DNA of 64,000 nucleotides. Source: Candidatus Heimdallarchaeota archaeon. Its GTDB lineage: Archaea > Asgardarchaeota > Heimdallarchaeia > Hodarchaeales > Hodarchaeaceae. The stretch spans positions 384,001 to 448,000 of the forward strand of contig RDOB01000002.1 of assembly GCA_011364965.1 (NCBI GenBank). The letters run 5' to 3'. Numbering within the stretch: the stretch's first letter is position 1; every line of letters starts with the position of its first letter. Under the pieces are notes generated by a model. That model ran no database searches. It saw only the letters and a program-made list of their open reading frames with translations, and had not been told where the DNA came from. Shown here piece by piece: positions 59,244-64,000 of the stretch. Made by a program: the position numbers and the translations under genes.

Positions 59244-60497
59244 TTAGAGGTATTTCGCACCAAAGGCTTTTAAAGCATCTTTGAACATATCATAGGGAGC
59301 AGCTGTTAAACCAGCACCAATCTGTCCAATCCCAGCCTCTTTGTGGGCAATCCCAGTATTTATTAAGGGAGTTTCATCAAGTTCAACGACTTTTCGAATA
59401 TCTATTCCTACAGGAGTTCCCTTAAAGTCAAGACTTGGGATAGTGAAGATGGAGCTAGTACCTGCTGAAATTTCGTACATTCTACGAGTTCGTAAAGTTG
59501 CTTCTCTCGCACTACCTCCTACAAATGAAACTATGGCAGGTGAAGCTGCCATAGCAAATCCTCCGATTCCAATCACTTCTGAGATTGTTGAGTCACCAAG
59601 ATCTGGGCACGCGTCTTTTTCTGAGTAGCCTGGAAAGTAAAGACCTTCAACTATTGAGGCAGGGGAGGTGAACCATTCCCTTCCTAAACTTGAGACCTGT
59701 ATTCCAATATCAGTCCCATTTCGGGCCATTGCAACTACTAATGAGCAATAATCTATATCTCGTGCAGCATCTGCAATTAATTTGGAATGAGGCATAGAGA
59801 GATTTAAATGAAATATATCCGCATTTTTTTTAATGAACAGGAAAACTTCTTTCGCAATTTCATTGTTTGTCGTATCTAGCATATGTGGAGTGAGTTCACT
59901 AAGAAACAGATAGCTACCAGATCGATTTCGGTTATGTCCCTCATCACCCATATGCAGAGATTCTGCAATAATAGTTTTAATGTTGATTCCGTCTGAATGC
60001 TTTATTGCTTTTTTTAGAGTTGGAGCTAAAACTGACTTCATCCAATTTAGGCGATCAAGAACCTCTTTGTTCCATCCTCCAAATCTAAGAACTCGTCCCC
60101 TTCCTTCATTTAATGTACAGTAAGCTTTTTTACCTGTTAATTCATCTTCTAATACAAAAACAGGTTGATGTGGGGATGTAATTCCTGTCATAGGACCTAC
60201 TGTATCATGATCATGATTACAATCAAATTTAATCTCACCTGAAGCTGCTATTTCATATCCTTCAGTAAGATCGGCTGCTAAGCCCTCATAAACCAAAATT
60301 CCTGCAATAGCTCCTTGTGTTGGTCCACACATTCTCTCCCATTCAATTGGGGGCCCTGCATGAAGGATTGTTTTATTATCCATCCCTGGAATGATATTCT
60401 TTGCTTCTAATTCTATATCTATTAAAATTGGTTGTACAGAAGCCATCCTTTCTAATGCTTTTTTATTAGCTGTATCGATGTATTCTTTTATATTCAT
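59244..60497 (-). CDS. ylbE: DUF1116 protein (YlbE/YahG; oxamate carbamoyltransferase AllG-like)
   Basis: ILHAGPP, VGPMTG, NEGRG, MGDEGHNRN, MARNG, DLGDS, INTGIAH, GQIGAG. Confidence 0.92.
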   Translation of the reverse strand: MNIKEYIDTANKKALERMASVQPILIDIELEAKNIIPGMDNKTILHAGPPIEWERMCGPTQGAIAGILVYEGLAADLTEGYEIAASGEIKFDCNHDHDTVGPMTGITSPHQPVFVLEDELTGKKAYCTLNEGRGRVLRFGGWNKEVLDRLNWMKSVLAPTLKKAIKHSDGINIKTIIAESLHMGDEGHNRNRSGSYLFLSELTPHMLDTTNNEIAKEVFLFIKKNADIFHLNLSMPHSKLIADAARDIDYCSLVVAMARNGTDIGIQVSSLGREWFTSPASIVEGLYFPGYSEKDACPDLGDSTISEVIGIGGFAMAASPAIVSFVGGSAREATLRTRRMYEISAGTSSIFTIPSLDFKGTPVGIDIRKVVELDETPLINTGIAHKEAGIGQIGAGLTAAPYDMFKDALKAFGAKYL

Positions 60498-60509
60498 GAT
60501 GTTTCCCTT

Positions 60510-60683
60510 TTATAGAAGCCTATCCAACAATTTAATCGTCTCAATATCTCCTTGAGCAGGGGGTTTCCAGTCAATATGAACCACCTTAATTCCCTGAGTT
60601 TCAGAAGCTTCATAAAATGATCTTAATCCAATATTTATAACTTTTGGACCTTCAGAAAGCAGATCATTCATATTCGATTTCAT
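60510..60683 (-). CDS. Stand-alone FdrA C-terminal domain protein (57 aa), below the ORF-track cutoff
   Basis: Manual translation MKSNMNDLLSEGPKVINIGLRSFYEASETQGIKVVHIDWKPPAQGDIETIKLLDRLL; VINIGL..F and W.PPA.G are the FdrA tail motifs. Confidence 0.85.
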   Translation of the reverse strand: MKSNMNDLLSEGPKVINIGLRSFYEASETQGIKVVHIDWKPPAQGDIETIKLLDRLL

Positions 60684-60701
60684 GATTATGTTTCATTCCT
60701 A

Positions 60702-62249
60702 TTACTCTATTTTTAAAACGAATAGTGCCGCTAATTTTGCCATTTGAGCATTTGTTGGCATAATTATTACTCCCCATTGCTCAAGCTGTTCAATGGATGA
60801 TTTATAATCTTGTGGATCAAGTTCTGTTCCACATACATGACAGATTATGGGCATAGGTCTTCCAATTTTTATCCATTCATTAAAGGCTAGTTTCATATCA
60901 GAAATTGGATCAGGATGTGAACCGTAACCTAATACAAAGTCCAAGAGAATAATACCTACCTCTGGATCGCGAATTTCGCGTAAAAACCTTTTCGTTCTTT
61001 CAAATTGGTCAATCATTGGATGGGGTTTTCCACTTGTAAACTCATCATCTCCCATATCAATGAGTGTATGGCCTTGGCTTTTCCTAGGATTCGGGATTAA
61101 ATGAGTTCCCTCTAGATGAACATTTGTCCATAAAGTGTGTGTTTTTGGTAAGATTTCAGATATAATCATTGCTGCCTCATAAGTGAACGTTCCCCCTGCG
61201 AATAATCCCCTGATATACCTACCCTTTAGCTTCTGGAATTGCATCTGAGATAGAATAGCATGTATGTTATCAGTGGAGCTTTGTTTAATTTTTAATTCCT
61301 TTTTTCTGAAATATGCAGCAGCAGTTAATGCTGCTTCTTCTAATGTTGTTACAGTAATGCTTTTTCCTTCATGATCAAAATATCCTGCCTTTTTACCCAA
61401 AAAATTGATTATTACAGGCTTAGAACTGATCTTGATTCTTTCAAGCACTTTAGTTAGGGTTTTTGTTTCAGGGGGTTTCGAAATTAAAATTATCAATTCA
61501 ATTGATGGATCTTTTTCCAGAGCTTCAATTCCATCAAGCATCGTGATTCCCCCGATTATATCTTTTACATCACGTGATCCTGTACCTATTGCATGAGTTA
61601 CTCCAATTCCTTGTTTATGACAAAGAACACAGATTTCCTGAGTTCCAGTACCTGAAGCAGCAACAAGTCCTATGGGTCCTGGTTTTACATTATTGGCAAA
61701 TCCTAATCCTATCCCTTTAATTATAGCTGTTCCTGCATCGGGTCCCATTATAATCAGATTTTTTTCATGAGCTCGAGTTTTAATACGGAGCTCATCTTCA
61801 ATTGAGACATTATCTGAAAATACCAAAACATTGAGGTTCTTATCGAGGGCTTTATTCACCTCCCGGGCAGCATACATCCCTGGAACTGAAATCAGAGCTA
61901 AATTAGCTTCAGGTAAATCAGTTAATGCTCCTTCTATTGATCTATAATTCGTTGCTTCATCAATTGAGGATACCACTTCCTTATTCAGTAATTCAATCAC
62001 GAAATTAATAGCATTTTGAACTTCATCGTGAGATTTTCCTTTAATTGCTATAATAATATCATTAGGACCGGCATTTTGAGCTAAAGAAGTTAGCAATCTC
62101 GCTTCTTCCAGAAGTGGTTTGTTTTGTGGTGTTCCCATTAGTACAGATGCCATCTCAATGCCCTCCATCCTACTAGCTTGTGATGCAGCTTGCATTAATT
62201 GGACTGAATCGCGATATTTTTGTTTAATTATATGAGTTTGAACAACCAA
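60702..62249 (-). CDS. fdrA: FdrA acyl-CoA synthetase-like protein (AllF-like)
   Basis: YRDSVQLM, MGTPQN, ISVPG, FSDNV, MGPD, ASGTG, ISKPP, DMGDDEFT, PHPMID. Confidence 0.92.
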   Translation of the reverse strand: MVVQTHIIKQKYRDSVQLMQAASQASRMEGIEMASVLMGTPQNKPLLEEARLLTSLAQNAGPNDIIIAIKGKSHDEVQNAINFVIELLNKEVVSSIDEATNYRSIEGALTDLPEANLALISVPGMYAAREVNKALDKNLNVLVFSDNVSIEDELRIKTRAHEKNLIIMGPDAGTAIIKGIGLGFANNVKPGPIGLVAASGTGTQEICVLCHKQGIGVTHAIGTGSRDVKDIIGGITMLDGIEALEKDPSIELIILISKPPETKTLTKVLERIKISSKPVIINFLGKKAGYFDHEGKSITVTTLEEAALTAAAYFRKKELKIKQSSTDNIHAILSQMQFQKLKGRYIRGLFAGGTFTYEAAMIISEILPKTHTLWTNVHLEGTHLIPNPRKSQGHTLIDMGDDEFTSGKPHPMIDQFERTKRFLREIRDPEVGIILLDFVLGYGSHPDPISDMKLAFNEWIKIGRPMPIICHVCGTELDPQDYKSSIEQLEQWGVIIMPTNAQMAKLAALFVLKIE

Positions 62250-62270
62250 ACTTTAACACACTCAAATTAG

Positions 62271-63518
62271 TTATTCAAATACTTTTTCTTCTTCAAATTC
62301 AGCGCCAACAGCATCTGGCTCGATATCCCGGGGAATATTTTCCTTACGAGTTTTGAATTCCCGATAAAATTCATGCTGAATTAATAGGTTCATAATCTCG
62401 TTCGTGCCAGTCCAGATCGACATTAACCTAACATCACGGAGTAGTCTTTCAATGGGGTACACATTTGTGTATCCAATTCCCCCCATAATTTGAAGAGCGT
62501 GGTTAATAATTTCCCATGCTGAATCTGTTGCAAATTTTTTTGACTCTGAGACTAACCGACGTATTGTCCCATTTGTTAAGCCCGAATTTGCATCGATGTG
62601 TCTTGCTGTAGTATACACAAGACTTCTAGCTGCATCTAATTGAGTTATACCTTCCGCAATTTTGAAATTTACCCCTTGAAATTTTTGAATGGGTCGACCA
62701 AAAGCTTTTCTTCGGGTACTATATTTTGTAGCAACCTCAAGACCAGCACGAGCACTTCCGAGCGCTCCAGCAGCAGATGTCATTCTTTCAGGGATCATCA
62801 TTTGATTAAAAATTTCTCCTCCTTGATTAATGTCTCCAATTAAATTTTGTTCCGGAACTTCAACATTCTCAAATACTAATCTGCCAGTGCCTCCTCCTCT
62901 TGACCCCATCAATCCATAAACATGTTTAGTCTGAACTCCTTGTGTTCTCTCAACAATAAATGTACTAATAGACTGTCTTGGGTCACTAGCGTGAAGATCT
63001 GTTTTAGCGTAGACTAAGAAGACATCTGCGCCTTCGGAACCTACAACAAATCGTTTCTGGCCATTTAAAATATAAATATCTCCTTCCTTAACTGCAGTAC
63101 AAGTTGCTCCAAAAAAATCTGATCCCCCTCGCGGTTCAGTCAGAGCTTCTGCACAGAACATTTTCCCTTGAAGAATTGGTTTGAGATATTCATTTTTTTG
63201 GTTTCGTGTTCCAAAACAGTGTAGGGCCTCCCCAACAATGCTTGGAAGGGAATATAGACATCCAAGAGCAGGTCCTAATACCCCAATCTCTTCGATTGCA
63301 GCCACTTCTGCTATCCATGATAAATTACTCCCCTTAAACTCCGGATCAAATCTTAAACCTAATAATCCTTTTTCTCCTAAATTTTTTACATAATCTGTGG
63401 GATATTGAATTTCATCTTGGTCCATCTGACGTAATAGACTTGGTTTTATTGATTTTACGAACTCTCGAGTTTTGAACTTAATCTCAAGTTCTTTTTCAGA
63501 CAATAATACATCAAACAT
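62271..63518 (-). CDS. Acyl-CoA dehydrogenase
   Basis: LTEPRGGSD, LNGQKRFV, R..FGRPI..FQ, QIMGGIGY, IWTGTNEI. Confidence 0.93.
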   Translation of the reverse strand: MFDVLLSEKELEIKFKTREFVKSIKPSLLRQMDQDEIQYPTDYVKNLGEKGLLGLRFDPEFKGSNLSWIAEVAAIEEIGVLGPALGCLYSLPSIVGEALHCFGTRNQKNEYLKPILQGKMFCAEALTEPRGGSDFFGATCTAVKEGDIYILNGQKRFVVGSEGADVFLVYAKTDLHASDPRQSISTFIVERTQGVQTKHVYGLMGSRGGGTGRLVFENVEVPEQNLIGDINQGGEIFNQMMIPERMTSAAGALGSARAGLEVATKYSTRRKAFGRPIQKFQGVNFKIAEGITQLDAARSLVYTTARHIDANSGLTNGTIRRLVSESKKFATDSAWEIINHALQIMGGIGYTNVYPIERLLRDVRLMSIWTGTNEIMNLLIQHEFYREFKTRKENIPRDIEPDAVGAEFEEEKVFE

Positions 63519-63685
63519 TCAGATCAAACCTATATTTTCTATTCGATAGTGATACTTGGATTGTTATAAAAGCTGAGAGTGATACAAAAAATGATAGATT
63601 ATATATTTTCTCTGAAAGCATATAAGGACGAAAATTTTCTATTTTAATACAATTCAAAATGCTTCCAGATTTGAGGAAATTCACC

Positions 63686-64000
63686 ATGTCACTAAATATT
63701 GTAGGGAAATCTGTTCCTAGAGCTGATGCTCGCGAAAAGGTAACTGGAACAGCTTTATACATAGATGATCTCCGGTTTCCACGCACCTTATATCTTAAAG
63801 TGCTCAGAGCTGGAATACCTCACGCAAAAATTAAAAATATTGAGACCAAGGAAGCAGAATCAATTCCTGGAGTACTTAAAATCTTAACAGGAAAAACAAT
63901 TGGTATCGATCCTGAACATTTTTACGGGACATGTATATTTGACCAACTTCCAATAGCTTTCAACAAAGTACGTCATTCTGGGGAGATAGTCGCTGCAGTA
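63686..64000 (+). CDS. Xanthine dehydrogenase/aldehyde oxidase-family molybdopterin-binding subunit (runs off the window)
   Basis: Not in the ORF track. Manual translation MSLNIVGKSVPRADAREKVTGTALYIDDL...PHAKI...PGV...KVRHSGEIVAAV; GAGG SD-like sequence upstream. Confidence 0.9.
   Translation, partial: MSLNIVGKSVPRADAREKVTGTALYIDDLRFPRTLYLKVLRAGIPHAKIKNIETKEAESIPGVLKILTGKTIGIDPEHFYGTCIFDQLPIAFNKVRHSGEIVAAV

Noticed and set aside
2253-63393. Remaining 60-98 aa track ORFs nested in larger genes (e.g. 2253, 2688, 3575, 7424, 9160, 9706, 11641, 13320, 17134, 21966, 22259, 26062, 32854, 42325, 47052, 59341, 62640)
   Set aside because: They lie largely or wholly within confidently assigned genes, in another frame or strand, and show no recognisable motif.
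63511-63786. 91-aa minus-strand ORF
   Set aside because: It overlaps the real plus-strand xdh-family gene starting at 63686 and the divergent promoter.
1-64000. tRNA, rRNA, CRISPR array or IS element
   Set aside because: No cloverleaf with a T-loop, GC-rich structural RNA island, regularly spaced repeats or transposase was recognised by eye. tRNAscan-SE and Infernal would be needed to exclude them formally.

Overview
AT-rich (roughly one-third GC by eye), gene-dense archaeal chromosomal segment. It is most consistent with an Asgard archaeon (Heimdallarchaeia/Hodarchaeales-like). That is an inference from longin/roadblock-like proteins, a PGF-CTERM-type surface protein, a geranylgeranyl reductase, an archaeal COG1107 RecJ-like protein and many TTG/GTG starts. 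Left to right: truncated PAS histidine kinase; 4-hydroxybutyryl-CoA dehydratase; class III RNR (nrdD with a LAGLIDADG intein, an extra insertion and a fused C-terminal thioredoxin-like domain) plus nrdG; ABC transporter; PspC; RecJ-like nuclease; tandem metallophosphoesterase; subtilase; ADP-forming acyl-CoA synthetase alpha; GalT; three co-oriented DNA methyltransferases with no visible nuclease, interleaved with DUF47/Pit; an unannotated ribbon-helix-helix gene with an 11-bp-phased repeat array leading into a preQ0/preQ1 transporter; a pseudogenised membrane-longin gene; a tandem longin-like protein; uvrA; a 1421-aa repeat surface protein; a heterodimeric ABC exporter; an SCP2-SDR-SDR-membrane protein operon; a stand-alone divergent L30e/L7Ae paralogue; and an acyl-CoA dehydrogenase-fdrA(split)-ylbE operon divergent from a truncated xanthine dehydrogenase-family gene. 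No rRNA, tRNA, CRISPR array or transposase was recognised. All calls come from reading motifs by eye; no searches were run.
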